Origin: Balanoglossus misakiensis
Taxonomy: Eukaryota; Animalia; Hemichordata
DNA length: 64,000 nt
Direction of reading: 5' to 3'
Assembly (NCBI GenBank): GCA_040954595.2
Contig: CM082596.2
Coordinates: 10,966,454 to 11,030,453, forward strand
Shown here: positions 49,301-64,000 of the stretch, piece after piece
How the letters are laid out: every line of letters begins with the position of its first letter
Numbering within the stretch: the first letter of the stretch is position 1
Position numbers and translations under genes: made by a program
Notes under the pieces: generated by a model
Told to the model about the DNA's origin: nothing
The model's database searches: none
The model's input: the letters and a program-made list of their open reading frames with translations, nothing else

Positions 49301-50999
49301 CACATAACAGGATATGTTTTACTAAAAAGACTTATGTTATAGTTTGAAGGCTTTGTTTTGTAATAACAAATTCTCTACAAGATTTAAGTGGAACAGTCAC
49401 AGAATGAAAACAAATATGGAAAGAGTTATGCCGGAATGTTGTAAGGAATAGATTAATATTGCAAATAATTTAATTTCTTACATCATAAATGGAATTCAAA
49501 GAAACGTCACGTAACAGGATATGTATCGTTTCAAGGCTTTGTTTTGGAATAACGAATTCTCTACAAGATTTAAGTGGAACAGTCACAGAATGAAAACAAA
49601 TATGGAAAGAGTTATGCTGGAATGTTATAAGGGATAGATTAATATTGCAAATAATTTAATTTCTTACATCATCAATGGAATTCAAAGAATGGTCACATAA
49701 CAGGATATGTTTTACTAAAAAGACTTATGTTATAGATTCAAGGCATTGTTTTGGAATATCGAATTCTCTACAAGATTTAAGTGGAACAGTCACAGAATGA
49801 AAACAAATATGGAAAGAGTTATGCCGGAATGTTGTAAGGGATAGATTAATATTGCAAAAAATTTAATTTCTTACATCATAAATGGAATTCAAAGAAACGT
49901 CACGTAACAGGATATGTATCGTTTCAAGGCTTTGTTTTGGAATAACGAATTCTCTACAAGATTTAAGTGGAACAGGCACAGAATGAAAACAAATATGGAA
50001 AGAGTTATGCTGGAATGTTATAAGGGAAAGATTAATATTGCAAATAATTTAATTTCTTACATCATAAAATGAATTCAAAGAATGGTCACATAACAGGATG
50101 TGTTTTACTAAAAAGACTTATGTTATAGATTCAAGGCTTTGTTTTGGAATAACGAATTCTCTACAAGATTTAAGTGGAACAGTCACAGAATGAAAACAAA
50201 TATGGAAAGAGTTATGCTGAAATGTTGTAAGGGATAGATTAATATTGCATACAATTTAATTTCTTACATCATAAATGGAATTCAAATAATGGTCACATAA
50301 CAGGATATGTTTTACTAAAAAGACTTATGTATAGGTTCAAGAATTTGTGTTGAAATACCAAATTCTCTACAAGATTTAAGTGGAACAGTCACAGAATGAA
50401 AACAAATATAGAAAGAGTTATGCCTGAATGTTGTAAGGGATAGATTAATATTGCAAATAATTTAATTTCTTATATCATCAATGGAATTCAAAGAATGGTC
50501 ACATAACGGGCCATGTTTTAGTAAAAAGACTTATGTATAGTTTCAAGGCTTTGTTTTGGAATAACGAATTCTCTCCAAGATTTAAGTTGAACAGTTACAG
50601 AATGAAAACAAATATTCAAATAGTTATGTTGGAATGTTGTAAGGGATAGTTTAATATTGCAAATAATTTAATTTCTTACATCATAAATGGAATTCAAAGA
50701 ATGGTCACATAACGGGCCATGTTTTACAAAAAGACTTAATATGTATAGTTTCAAGGCTTTGTTTTGGAATAACGAATTCTCTACAGGATTTAAGTGGAAT
50801 AGTCACAGAATGAAAACAAATATGGAAAGAGTTATGCTGGAATGTTGTAAGGGATAGATTAATATTGCAAATAATTTAATTTCTTACATCATAAAATGAA
50901 TTCAAAGAATGGTCTCATAACAGGATATGTTTTACTAAAAAGACTTATGTATAGTTACAAGGCTTTGTTTTGGAATAACGAATTCTCTACAAGATTTAA
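46365..50999. repeat. Satellite segment, including a 393-bp dimer run
   Basis: Same monomer. The ATCG of the GTATCGTTT variant falls at 47541, 47934 and 48327. Confidence 0.98.
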
Positions 51000-51345
51000 A
51001 GGGACAAAGTCTCTCTCCAGCTGCCCCTTTTCCATTAATTATGTTTGATACAAGACACTGGTTATGTTAATGTAAATGTGGATATATAGTGAATCAATGA
51101 TCAACCACACAAAACTTCCATCCCACTTGTATGATATGAGAGTAAAAACTCGCCCAAAATGAATAAATGGTAAAGAACGATTATTCATTCTGGCGAGTTT
51201 TTTCACTCTCCTGTCTATAAGAGGGATGGAAGTTGTGTGTCGTTGAACGTTCATTCACTATATATCCACATGTAGAATAACAAACGGTGTCTTGTATCAA
51301 TATAATTAATGGAAAAAAGGGCAGCGAGAGACAGACTTTGTCCCT
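51000..51345. mobile_element. 346-bp fold-back MITE with AGGG...CCCT ends (Kolobok-like), no TSD
   Basis: AGGGACAAAGTCT...AGACTTTGTCCCT. The two halves are imperfect inverted repeats almost to the centre (~51170). TTAA is present on the left flank only. Confidence 0.85.
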
Positions 51346-54300
51346 GTGGAACAGTCACAGAATGAAAACAAATATGGAAAGAGTTATGCTGGAATGTTAT
51401 AAGGGATAGATTAATATTGCAAATAAATTAATTTCTTACATCATAAAATAAATTCAAAGAATGGTCACATAACAGGATATGTTTTACTAAAAAGACTTAT
51501 GTTATAGTTTCAAGGCTTTGTTTTGGAATAACGAATTCTCTACAAGATTTAAGTGGAACAGTCACAGAATGAAAACAAATATGGAAAGAGTTATGCCGGA
51601 ATGTTGTAAGGAATAGATTAATATTGCAAATAATTTAATTTCTTACATCATAAATGGAATTCAAAGAAACGTCACGTAACAGGATATGTATCGTTTCAAG
51701 GCTTTGTTTTGGAATAACGAATTCTCTACAAGATTTAAGTGGAACAGTCACAGAATGAAAACAAATATGGAAAGAGTTATGTCGGTATGTTGTAAGGGAT
51801 AGATTAATATTGCAAATAATTTAATTTCTTACATCATAAATGGAATTCAAAGAATGGTCACATAACGGGCCATGTTTTACTAAAAAGACTTATGTATAGT
51901 TTCAAGGCTTTGTTTTGGAATAACGAATTCTCTCCAAGATTTAAGTTGAACAGTTACAGAATGAAAACAAATATTCAAATAGTTATGCCAGAATGTTGTA
52001 AGGGATAGATTAATATTGCAAATAATTTAATTTCTTACATCATAAATGGAATTCGAAGAATGGTCACATAACGGGCCATGTTTTACAAAAAGACTTTTGT
52101 ATAGTTTCAAGGCTTTGTTTTGGAATAACGAATTCTCTACAGGATTTAAGTGGAACAGTCACAGAATGAAAACAAATATGGAAAGAGTTATGCTGGAATG
52201 TTGTAAGGGATAGATTAATATTGCAAATAATTTAATTTCTTACATCATAAAATGAATTCAAAGAATGGTCACATAACAGGATATGTTTTACTAAAAAGAC
52301 TTATGTATAGTTACAAGGCTTTGTTTTGGAATAACGAATTCTCTACAAGATTTAAGTGGAACAGTCACAGAATGAAAACAAATATGGAAAGAGTTATGCT
52401 GGAATGTTATAAGGGATAGATTAATATTGCAAATGGAACAGTCACAGAATGAAAACAAATATGGAAAGAGATATGCTGGAATGTTGTAAGGGATATATTA
52501 ATATTGCAAATAATTTAATTTCTTCCATCATAAATGGAATTCAAAGAATGGTCACATAACGGGCCATGTTTTACAAAAAGACTTATGTATAGTTTCAAGG
52601 CTTTGTATTGGAATAACGAATTCTCTAAAAGATTTAAGTGGAACAGTCACAGAATGAAAACAAATATGGAAAGAGTTATGCTGGAATGTTGTAAGGGATA
52701 GATTAATATTGCAAATAATTTAAATTCTTACATCATAAAATGAATTCAAAGAATGGTCACATAACTGGATATGTTTTACTAAAAAGACTTATGTTATAGT
52801 TTCAAGGCTTTGTTTTGGAATAACGAATTCTCTACACGATTTAAGTGGAACAGTTACAGAATGAAAACAAATATGGAAAGAGTTATGTTGGAATGTTGTA
52901 AGGGATAGTTATATATTGCAAATAATTTAATTTCTTACATCATAAATGAAATTCAAAGAATGGTCAAATAACGGGCCATGTTTTACTAAAAAGACTTAAT
53001 ATGTATAGTTTGAAGGCTTTGTTTTGGAATAACGAATTCTCTACAAGATTTAAGTGTAACAGTTACAGAATGAAAACAAATATGGAAAGAGTTATGCCGG
53101 AATGTTGTAAGGAATAGATTAATATTGCAAATAATTTAATTTCTTACATCATAAATGGAATTCAAAGAAACGTCACGTAACAGGATATGTATAGTTTCAA
53201 GGCTTTGTTTTGGAATAACGAATTCTCTACAAGATTTAAGTGGCACAGTCACAGAATAAAAACAAATATGGAAAGAGTTATGCTGGAATGTTGTAAGGGA
53301 TAGATTAATATTGCAAATAATTTAAATTCTTACATCATAAAATGAATTCAAAGAATGGTCACATAACTGGATATGTTTTACTAAAAAGACTTATGTTATA
53401 GTTTCAAGGGTTTGTTTAGGAATAACGAATTCTCTACAAGATTTAAGTGGAACAGTCACAGAATGAAAACAAATATGGAAAGAGTTATGTCGGAATGTTG
53501 TAAGGGATTTTTTACTATTGCAAATAATTTAATTTCTTACATCATCAATGAAATTCAAAGAATGGTCAAATAACGGGCCATGTTTTACTAAAAAGACGTA
53601 TGTATAGTTTCAAGGCTTTGTTTTGGAATAAAAAAATTCTCTACAAGATTTAAGTGCAACAGTCACAGAATGAAAACAAATATGGAAAGCGTTATGCCGG
53701 AATGTTGTAAGGGATAGATTAATATTGCAAACAATTTAATTTCTTACATCATAAAGGGAATTCAAAAATGGTCACATAACGGGCCATGTTTTACTAAATA
53801 AGACTTATGTATAGTTTTAAGGCTTTGTTTTGGAATAACGAATTCTCTCCAAGATTTAAGTTGAACAGTTACAGAATGAAAACAAATATTCAAATAGTTA
53901 TGCTGGAATGTTTTAAGGGATAGATTAATATTGCAAATAATTTAATTTCTTACATCATAAATGGAATTCAAAGAAACGTCACGTAACAGGATATGTATAG
54001 TTTCAAGGCTTTGTTTTGGAATAACGAATTCTCTACAAGATTTAAGTGGCACAGTCACAGAATGAAAACAAATATGGAAAGAGTTATGCTGAAATGTTGT
54101 AAGGGATAGATTAATATTGCATAAAATTTAATTTCTTACATCATAAATGGAATTCAAAGAATGGTCACATAACTGGATATGTTTTACTAAAAAGACTAAT
54201 GTATAGGTTCAAGGCTTTGTTTTGGAATAACGAATTCTCTACAAGATTTAAGTGGAACAGTCACAGAATGAAAACAAATATGGAAAGCGTTATGCCGGAA

Positions 54301-57300
54301 TGTTGTAAGGGATAGATTAATAATGCAAATAATTTAATTTCTTACATCATAAATGAAATTCAAAGAATGGTCAAATAACGGGCTATGTTTTACTAAAAAG
54401 ACTTATGTATAGTTTCAAGGCTTTGTTTTGGAATAACGAATTCTCTACAAGATTTAAGTGGAACAGTCACAGAATGAAAACAAATATGGAAAGAGTTATG
54501 TCGGAATGTTGTAAGGGATATTTTACTATTGCAAATAATTTAATTTCTTACATCATAAAGGGAATTCAAAGAATGGTCACATAACGGGCCATGTTTTACT
54601 AAATAAGACTTATGTATAGTTTTAAGGCTTTGTTTTGGAATAACGAATTCTCTCCAAGATTTAAGTTGAACAGTTACAGAATGAAAACAAATATTCAAAT
54701 AGTTATGCTGGAATGTTGTAAGGGATAGATTAATATTGCAAATAATTTAATTTTTTACATCATAAATGAAATTCAAAGAATGGTCAAATAACAGGCTATG
54801 TTTTACTAAAAAGACTTATGTATAGTTTCAAGGCTTTGTTTTGGAATAATGAATTCTCTACAAGATTTAAGTGGAACAGTCACAAAATGAAAACTAATAT
54901 GAAAACAGTTATGTCGGAATGTTGTAAGGGATAGATTAATATTGCAAATAATTTAATTTCTTACATCATAAATGGAATTCAAAGAATGGTCACATAACGG
55001 TCCATGTTTTACTAAAAAGACTTATGTATAGTTTCACGGCTTTGTTTTGGAATAACGAATTCTCTCCGAGATTTAAGTGGAACAGTTACAGAATGAAAAC
55101 AAATATAGAAAGAGTTATGCCGGAATGTTCTAAGGGATAGATTAATATTGCAAATAATTTAATTTCTTACATCATAAAATGACTTCAAAGAATGGTCAAA
55201 TAACGGGCCATGTTTTACAAAAAAAAAGACTTATGTATAGTTTCAAGGCTTTGTTTTGGAATAACGAATTCTCTACAAGATTTAAGTGGAACAGTCACAG
55301 AATGAAAACAAATATGGAAAGCGTTATGCCGGAATGTTGTAAGGGATAGATTAATATTGCAAATAATTTAACTTCTTAAATCATAAATGGAATTCAAAGA
55401 ATGGTCACATAACGGGCCATGTTTTACTAACAAAACATGTATAGTTTCAAGGGTTTGTTTTGGAATAACGAATTCTCTACAAGATTTAAGGTGAACAGTT
55501 ACAGAATGAAAACAAATATTCAAATAGTTATGCTGGAATGTTGTAAGGGATAGTTTAATATTGCATAAAATTTAATTTCTTACATCATAAATGGAATTCA
55601 AAGAATGGTCACATAACTGGATATGTTTTACTAAAAAGACTTATGTATAGGTTCAAGAATTTGTGTTGAAATACCAAATTCTCTACAAGATTTAAGTGGC
55701 ACAGTCACAGAATGAAAACAAATATGGAAAGAGTTATGCTGAAATGTTGTAAGGGATAGATTAATATTGCATAAAATTTAATTTCTTACATCATAAATGG
55801 AATTCAAAGAATGGTCACATAACTGGATATGTTTTACTAAAAAGACTAATGTATAGGTTCAAGGCTTTGTTTTGGAATAACGAATTCTCTACAAGATTTA
55901 AGTGGAACAGTCACAGAATGAAAACAAATATGGAAAGCGTTATGCCGGAATGTTGTAAGGGATAGATTAATAATGCAAATAATTTAATTTCTTACATCAT
56001 AAATGAAATTCAAAGAATGGTCAAATAACGGGCTATGTTTTACTAAAAAGACTTATGTATAGTTTCAAGGCTTTGTTTTGGAATAACGAATTCTCTACAA
56101 GATTTAAGTGGAACAGTCACAGAATGAAAACAAATATGGAAAGAGTTATGTCGGAATGTTGTAAGGGATATTTTACTATTGCAAATAATTTAATTTCTTA
56201 CATCATAAAGGGAATTCAAAGAATGGTCACATAACGGGCCATGTTTTACTAAATAAGACTTATGTATAGTTTTAAGGCTTTGTTTTGGAATAACGAATTC
56301 TCTCCAAGATTTAAGTTGAACAGTTACAGAATGAAAACAAATATTCAAATAGTTATGCTGGAATGTTGTAAGGGATAGATTAATATTGCAAATAATTTAA
56401 TTTTTTACATCATAAATGAAATTCAAAGAATGGTCAAATAACAGGCTATGTTTTACTAAAAAGACTTATGTATAGTTTCAAGGCTTTGTTTTGGAATAAT
56501 GAATTCTCTACAAGATTTAAGTGGAACAGTCACAAAATGAAAACTAATATGAAAACAGTTATGTCGGAATGTTGTAAGGGATAGATTAATATTGCAAATA
56601 ATTTAATTTCTTACATCATAAATGGAATTCAAAGAATGGTCACATAACGGTCCATGTTTTACTAAAAAGACTTATGTATAGTTTCACGGCTTTGTTTTGG
56701 AATAACGAATTCTCTCCGAGATTTAAGTGGAACAGTTACAGAATGAAAACAAATATAGAAAGAGTTATGCCGGAATGTTCTAAGGGATAGATTAATATTG
56801 CAAATAATTTAATTTCTTACATCATAAAATGACTTCAAAGAATGGTCAAATAACGGGCCATGTTTTACAAAAAAAAAGACTTATGTATAGTTTCAAGGCT
56901 TTGTTTTGGAATAACGAATTCTCTACAAGATTTAAGTGGAACAGTCACAGAATGAAAACAAATATGGAAAGCGTTATGCCGGAATGTTGTAAGGGATAGA
57001 TTAATATTGCAAATAATTTAACTTCTTAAATCATAAATGGAATTCAAAGAATGGTCACATAACGGGCCATGTTTTACTAACAAAACATGTATAGTTTCAA
57101 GGGTTTGTTTTGGAATAACGAATTCTCTACAAGATTTAAGGTGAACAGTTACAGAATGAAAACAAATATTCAAATAGTTATGCTGGAATGTTGTAAGGGA
57201 TAGTTTAATATTGCATAAAATTTAATTTCTTACATCATAAATGGAATTCAAAGAATGGTCACATAACTGGATATGTTTTACTAAAAAGACTTATGTATAG

Positions 57301-60300
57301 GTTCAAGAATTTGTGTTGAAATACCAAATTCTCTACAAGATTTAAGTGGAACAGTCACAGAATGAAAACAAATATACAAAGAATCATGCCGGAATGTTGT
57401 AAGGGATAGATTAATATTGCAAATAATTTAATTTCTTACATCATAAATGAAATTCAAAGAATGGTCAAATCACGGGCCATGTTTTACTAAAAATACTTAT
57501 ATATAGTTTCAAGGCTTTGTTTTGGAATAACGAATTCTCTCCAAGATTTAAGTGGAACAGTTATAGAATGAAAACAAATATTCAAATACTTATGCTGGAA
57601 TGTTGTAAGGGATAGTTTAATATTGCAAATAATTTAATTTCTTACATCATAAATGAAATTCAAAGAATGGTCAAATAACGGGCCATGTTTTACTAAAAAG
57701 ACTTAATATGTATAGTTTGAAGGCTTTGTTTTGGAATAACGAATTCTCTACAAGATTTAAGTGTAACAGTCACAGAATGAAAACAAATATAGAAAGCGTT
57801 ATGCCGGAATGTTGTAAGGGATAGATTAATATTGCAAATAATTTAATTTCTTACATCATAAATGGAATTCAAAGAATGGTCACATAACGGGCCATGTTTT
57901 ACAAAAAGACTTATGTATAGTTTCAAGGCTTTGTTTTGGAATAACGAATTCTCTACAAGATTTAAGTGGAACAGTTACAGAATGAAAACAAATATTGAAA
58001 TAGTTATGCTGGAATGTTGTAAGGGATAGATTAATATTGCAAATAATTTAATTTCTTACATCATAAATGGAATTCAAAGAATGGTCAAATAACGGGCCAT
58101 GTTTTACTAAAAAGACTTAATATGTATAGTTTGAAGGCTTTGTTTTGGAATAACGAATTCTCTACAAGATTTAAGTGTAACAGTCACAGAATGAAAACAA
58201 ATATAGAAAGCGTTATGCCGGAATGTTGTAAGGGATAGATTAATATTGCAAATAATTTAATTTCTTACATCATAAATGGAATTCAAAGAATGGTCACATA
58301 ACGGGCCATGTTTTACAAAAAAGACATATGTATAGTTTCAAGGCTTTGTTTTGGAATAACGAATTCTCTACAAGATTTAAGTGGAACAGTTACAGAATGA
58401 AAACAAATATTGAAATAGTTATGCTGGAATGTTGTAAGGGATAGATTAATATTGCAAATAATTTAATTTCTTACATCATAAATGGAATTCAAAGAAACGT
58501 CACGTAACAGGATATGTATAGTTTCAAGGCTTTGTTTTGGTATAACGAATTCTCTCCAAGAGTTAAGTGGAACAGTCACAGAATGAAAACAAATATAGAA
58601 AGAGTTATGCTGGAATGTTGTAAGGGATAGATTAATATTGCAAATAATTTAATTTCTTACATCATAAATGGAATTCAAAGAATGGTCACATAAATGGATA
58701 TGTTTTACTAAAAAGACTTATGGATAGTTTGAAGGCTTTGTTTTGGAATAACGAATTCTCTACAAGATTTAAGTGGAACAGTCACAGAATGAAAACACAT
58801 TTGGAAAGCGTTATGCCGGAATGTTGTAAGGGATAGATTAATATTGCAAATAATTTAATTTCTTACATCATCAATGGAATTCAAAGAATGGTCACATAAC
58901 GGGCCATGTTTTACTAAAAAAGACTTATGTATAGTTTCAAGGCTTTGTTTTGGAATAACGAATTCTCTACAAGATTTAAGTGGAACAGTCACTCACATAA
59001 CAGGCCATGTTTTAGTAAAAAGACTTATGTATAGTTTCAAGGCTTTGTTTTGGAATAACGAATTCTCTACAAGATTTAAGTGGAACAGTCACATAATGAA
59101 AAGAAATATGGAAAGCGTTATGCCGGAATGTTCTAAGGGATAGATTAATATTGCAAATAATTTAATTTCTTACATCATAAATGTAATTCAAAGAATGGTC
59201 ACATAACGGGCCATGTTTTACTAAAAAGACTTATGTATAGTTTGAAGGCTTTGTTTTGGAATAACGAATTCTCTACAAGATTTAAGTGGAACAGTAACAG
59301 AATGAAAACACATTTGGAAAGCGTTATGCCGGAATGTTGTAAGGGATAGATTAATATTGCAAATAATTTAATTTCTTACATCATAAATGGAATTCAAAGA
59401 ATGGTCACATAACGGGCCATGTTTTACTAAAAAGACTTATGTATAGTTTCAAGGCTTTGTTTTGGAATAACGAATTCTCTACAAGATTTAAGTGGAACAG
59501 TCACTCACATAACAGGCCATGTTTTAGTAAAAAGACTTATGTATAGTTTCAAGGGTTTGTTTTGGAATAACGAATTCTCTACAAGATTTAAGGTGAACAG
59601 TTACAGAATGAAAACAAATATTCAAATAGTTATGCTGGAATGTTGTAAGGGATAGTTTAATATTGCATAAAATTTAATTTCTTACATCATAAATGGAATT
59701 CAAAGAATGGTCACATAACTGGATATGTTTTACTAAAAAGACTTATGTATAGGTTCAAGAATTTGTGTTGAAATACCAAATTCTCTACAAGATTTAAGTG
59801 GAACAGTCACAGAATGAAAACAAATATACAAAGAATTATGCCGGAATGTTGTAAGGGATAGATTAATATTGCAAATAATTTAATTTCTTACATCATAAAT
59901 GAAATTCAAAGAATGGTCAAATCACGGGCCATGTTTTACTAAAAATACTTATATATAGTTTCAAGGCTTTGTTTTGGAATAACGAATTCTCTCCAAGATT
60001 TAAGTGGAACAGTTATAGAATGAAAACAAATATTCAAATAGTTATGCTGGAATGTTGTAAGGGATAGTTTAATATTGCAAATAATTTAATTTCTTACATC
60101 ATAAATGGAATTCAAAGAATGGTCACATAAATGGATATGTTTTACTAAAAAGACTTATGTATAGTTTGAAGGCTTTGTTTTGGAATAACGAATTCTCTAC
60201 AAGATTTAAGTGGAACAGTCACAGAATGAAAACACATTTGGAAAGCGTTATGCCGGAATGTTGTAAGGGATAGATTAATATTGCAAATAATTTAATTTCT

Positions 60301-63300
60301 TACATCATAAATGGAATTCAAAGAATGGTCACATAACGGGCCATGTTTTACTAAAAAGACTTATGTATAGTTTCAAGGCTTTGTTTTGGAATAACGAATT
60401 CTCTACAAGATTTAAGTGGAACAGTCACTCACATAACAGGCCATGTTTTAGTAAAAAGACTTATGTATAGTTTCAAGGCTTTGTTTTGGAATAACGAATT
60501 CTCTACAAGATTTAAGTGGAACAGTCACATAATGAAAAGAAATATGGAAAGCGTTATGCCAGAATGTTGTAAGGGATAGATTAATATTGCAAATAATTTA
60601 ATTTCTTACATCATAAATGTAATTCAAAGAATGGTCACATAACGGGCCATGTTTTACTAAAAAGACTTATGTATAGTTTGAAGGCTTTGTTTTGGAATAA
60701 CGAATTCTCTACAAGATTTAAGTGGAACAGTCACAGAATGAAAACACATTTGGAAAGCGTTATGCCGGAATGTTGTAAGGGATAGATTAATATTGCAAAT
60801 AATTTAATTTCTTACATCATAAATGGAATTCAAAGAATGGTCACATAACGGGCCATGTTTTACTAAAAAGACTTATGTATAGTTTCAAGGCTTTGTTTTG
60901 GAATAACGAATTCTCTACAAGATTTAAGTGGAACAGTCACAGAATGAAAACAAATATAGAAAGAGTTATGCTGAAATGTTGTAAGGGATAGATTAATATT
61001 GCATAAAATTTAATTTCTTACATCATAAATGGAATTCAAAGAATGGTCACATAACTGGATATGTTTTACTAAAAAGACTAATGTATAGGTTCAAGGCTTT
61101 GTTTTGGAATAACGAATTCTCTACAAGATTTAAGTGGAACAGTCACAGAATGAAAACAAATATGGAAAGCGTTATGCCGGAATGTTGTAAGGGATAGATT
61201 AATAATGCAAATAATTTAATTTCTTACATCATAAATGAAATTCAAAGAATGGTCAAATAACGGGCTATGTTTTACTAAAAAGACTTATGTATAGTTTCAA
61301 GGCTTTGTTTTGGAATAACGAATTCTCTACAAGATTTAAGTGGAACAGTCACAGAATGAAAACAAATATGGAAAGAGTTATGTCGGAATGTTGTAAGGGA
61401 TATTTTACTATTGCAAATAATTTAATTTCTTACATCATAAAGGGAATTCAAAGAATGGTCACATAACGGGCCATGTTTTACTAAATAAGACTTATGTATA
61501 GTTTTAAGGCTTTGTTTTGGAATAACGAATTCTCTCCAAGATTTAAGTTGAACAGTTACAGAATGAAAACAAATATTCAAATAGTTATGCTGGAATGTTG
61601 TAAGGGATAGATTAATATTGCAAATAATTTAATTTTTTACATCATAAATGAAATTCAAAGAATGGTCAAATAACAGGCTATGTTTTACTAAAAAGACTTA
61701 TGTATAGTTTCAAGGCTTTGTTTTGGAATAATGAATTCTCTACAAGATTTAAGTGGAACAGTCACAAAATGAAAACTAATATGAAAACAGTTATGTCGGA
61801 ATGTTGTAAGGGATAGATTAATATTGCAAATAATTTAATTTCTTACATCATAAATGGAATTCAAAGAATGGTCACATAACGGTCCATGTTTTACTAAAAA
61901 GACTTATGTATAGTTTCACGGCTTTGTTTTGGAATAACGAATTCTCTCCGAGATTTAAGTGGAACAGTTACAGAATGAAAACAAATATAGAAAGAGTTAT
62001 GCCGGAATGTTCTAAGGGATAGATTAATATTGCAAATAATTTAATTTCTTACATCATAAAATGAATTCAAAGAATGGTCACATAACGGGCCATGTTTTAC
62101 AAAAAAAAGACTTATGTATAGTTTCAAGGCTTTGTTTTGGAATAACGAATTCTCTACAAGATTTAAGTGGAACAGTCACAGAATGAAAACAAATATGGAA
62201 AGCATTATGCCGGAATGTTGTAAGGGATAGATTAATATTGCAAATAATTTAACTTCTTAAATCATAAATGGAATTCAAAGAATGGTCACATAACGGGCCA
62301 TGTTTTACTAACAAAACATGTATAGTTTCAAGGGTTTGTTTTGGAATAACGAATTCTCTACAAGATTTAAGGTGAACAGTTACAGAATGAAAACAAATAT
62401 TCAAATAGTTATGCTGGAATGTTGTAAGGGATAGTTTAATATTGCATAAAATTTAATTTCTTACATCATAAATGGAATTCAAAGAATGGTCACATAACTG
62501 GATATGTTTTACTAAAAAGACTTATGTATAGGTTCAAGAATTTGTGTTGAAATACCAAATTCTCTACAAGATTTAAGTGGAACAGTCACAGAATGAAAAC
62601 AAATATACAAAGAATCATGCCGGAATGTTGTAAGGGATAGATTAATATTGCAAATAATTTAATTTCTTACATCATAAATGAAATTCAAAGAATGGTCAAA
62701 TCACGGGCCATGTTTTACTAAAAATACTTATATATAGTTTCAAGGCTTTGTTTTGGAATAACGAATTCTCTCCAAGATTTAAGTGGAACAGTTATAGAAT
62801 GAAAACAAATATTCAAATACTTATGCTGGAATGTTGTAAGGGATAGTTTAATATTGCAAATAATTTAATTTCTTACATCATAAATGAAATTCAAAGAATG
62901 GTCAAATAACGGGCCATGTTTTACTAAAAAGACTTAATATGTATAGTTTGAAGGCTTTGTTTTGGAATAACGAATTCTCTACAAGATTTAAGTGTAACAG
63001 TCACAGAATGAAAACAAATATGGAAAGAGTTATGCTGGAATGTTGTAAGGGATAGATTAATATTGCAAATAATTTAATTTCTTACATCATAAAATTAATT
63101 CAAAGAATGGTCACATAACGGGATAGGTTTTACTAAAAAGACTTATGTTATAGTTTCATGGCTTTGTTTGGAATAACGAATTCTCTACAAGATTTAAGTT
63201 AAACAGTTACAGAATGAAAACAAATATTCAAATAGTTATGTTGGAATGTTGTAAGGGATAGTTTAATATTGCAAATAATTTAATTTCTTACATCATAAAT

Positions 63301-64000
63301 GAAATTCAAAGAATGGTCAAATAACGGGCAGTGTTTTACTAAAAAGACTTATGTATAGTTTCACGGCTTTGTTTTGGAATAAGAATTCTCTCCGAGATTT
63401 AAGTGGAACAGTTACAGAATGAAAACAAATATAGAAAGAGTTATGCCGGAATGTTCTAAGGGATAGATTAATATTGCAAATAATTTAATTTCTTACATCA
63501 TAAAATGAATTCAAAGAATGGTCACATAACGGGCCATGTTTTACAAAAAAGACATATGTATAGTTTCAAGGCTTTGTTTTGGAATAACGAATTCTCTACA
63601 AGATTTAAGTGGAACAGTTACAGAATGAAAACAAATATTGAAATAGTTATGCTGGAATGTTGTAAGGGATAGATTAATATTGCAAATAATTTAATTTCTT
63701 ACATCATAAATGGAATTCAAAGAAACGTCACGTAACAGGATATGTATAGTTTCAAGGCTTTGTTTTGGTATAACGAATTCTCTCCAAGAGTTAAGTGGAA
63801 CAGTCACAGAATGAAAACAAATATAGAAAGAGTTATGCTGGAATGTTGTAAGGGATAGATTAATATTGCAAATAATTTAATTTCTTACATCATAAATGGA
63901 ATTCAAAGAATGGTCACATAAATGGATATGTTTTACTAAAAAGACTTATGGATAGTTTGAAGGCTTTGTTTTGGAATAACGAATTCTCTACAAGATTTAA
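51346..64000. repeat. Satellite segment, mostly long monomers, more diverged, 1650-bp 8-mer units
   Basis: Same monomer. The marker GTTTTACTAAAAAGACTAATG starts at 54181, 55831 and 61063. Confidence 0.99.

Noticed and set aside
1-64000. Host species assignment and proof of centromere function
   Set aside because: The element types are compatible with an invertebrate animal, but neither species nor CENP-A binding can be read from sequence alone.

Overview
Eukaryotic (probably animal) heterochromatic window. About 45 kb is one AT-rich tandem satellite. Its monomer is ~206 bp, with 186-, 150- and ~100-bp deletion variants and locally changing higher-order repeats, and it may be centromeric or pericentromeric. 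Three insertions interrupt it. (1) A complete, apparently intact Ngaro-type tyrosine-recombinase (YR) retrotransposon (26045-31392) with split direct repeats A1..B1-A2-B2. It carries a fused Gag-RT-RNaseH ORF and a YR ORF, and is integrated through a 7-bp TAATTTA core shared with the satellite. (2) A complete 12.85-kb CACTA/EnSpm DNA transposon (33512-46364) with 23-bp TIRs and an ATT target-site duplication (TSD). It carries an intact 988-aa transposase, a divergently oriented predicted 5-exon gene resembling C14orf93/DUF4616, subterminal 506-bp and 118-bp tandem arrays and a nested TA-flanked MITE. (3) A 346-bp fold-back MITE (51000-51345) inserted without a TSD. All coordinates were counted by hand, and family assignments come from motif recognition, not database searches.
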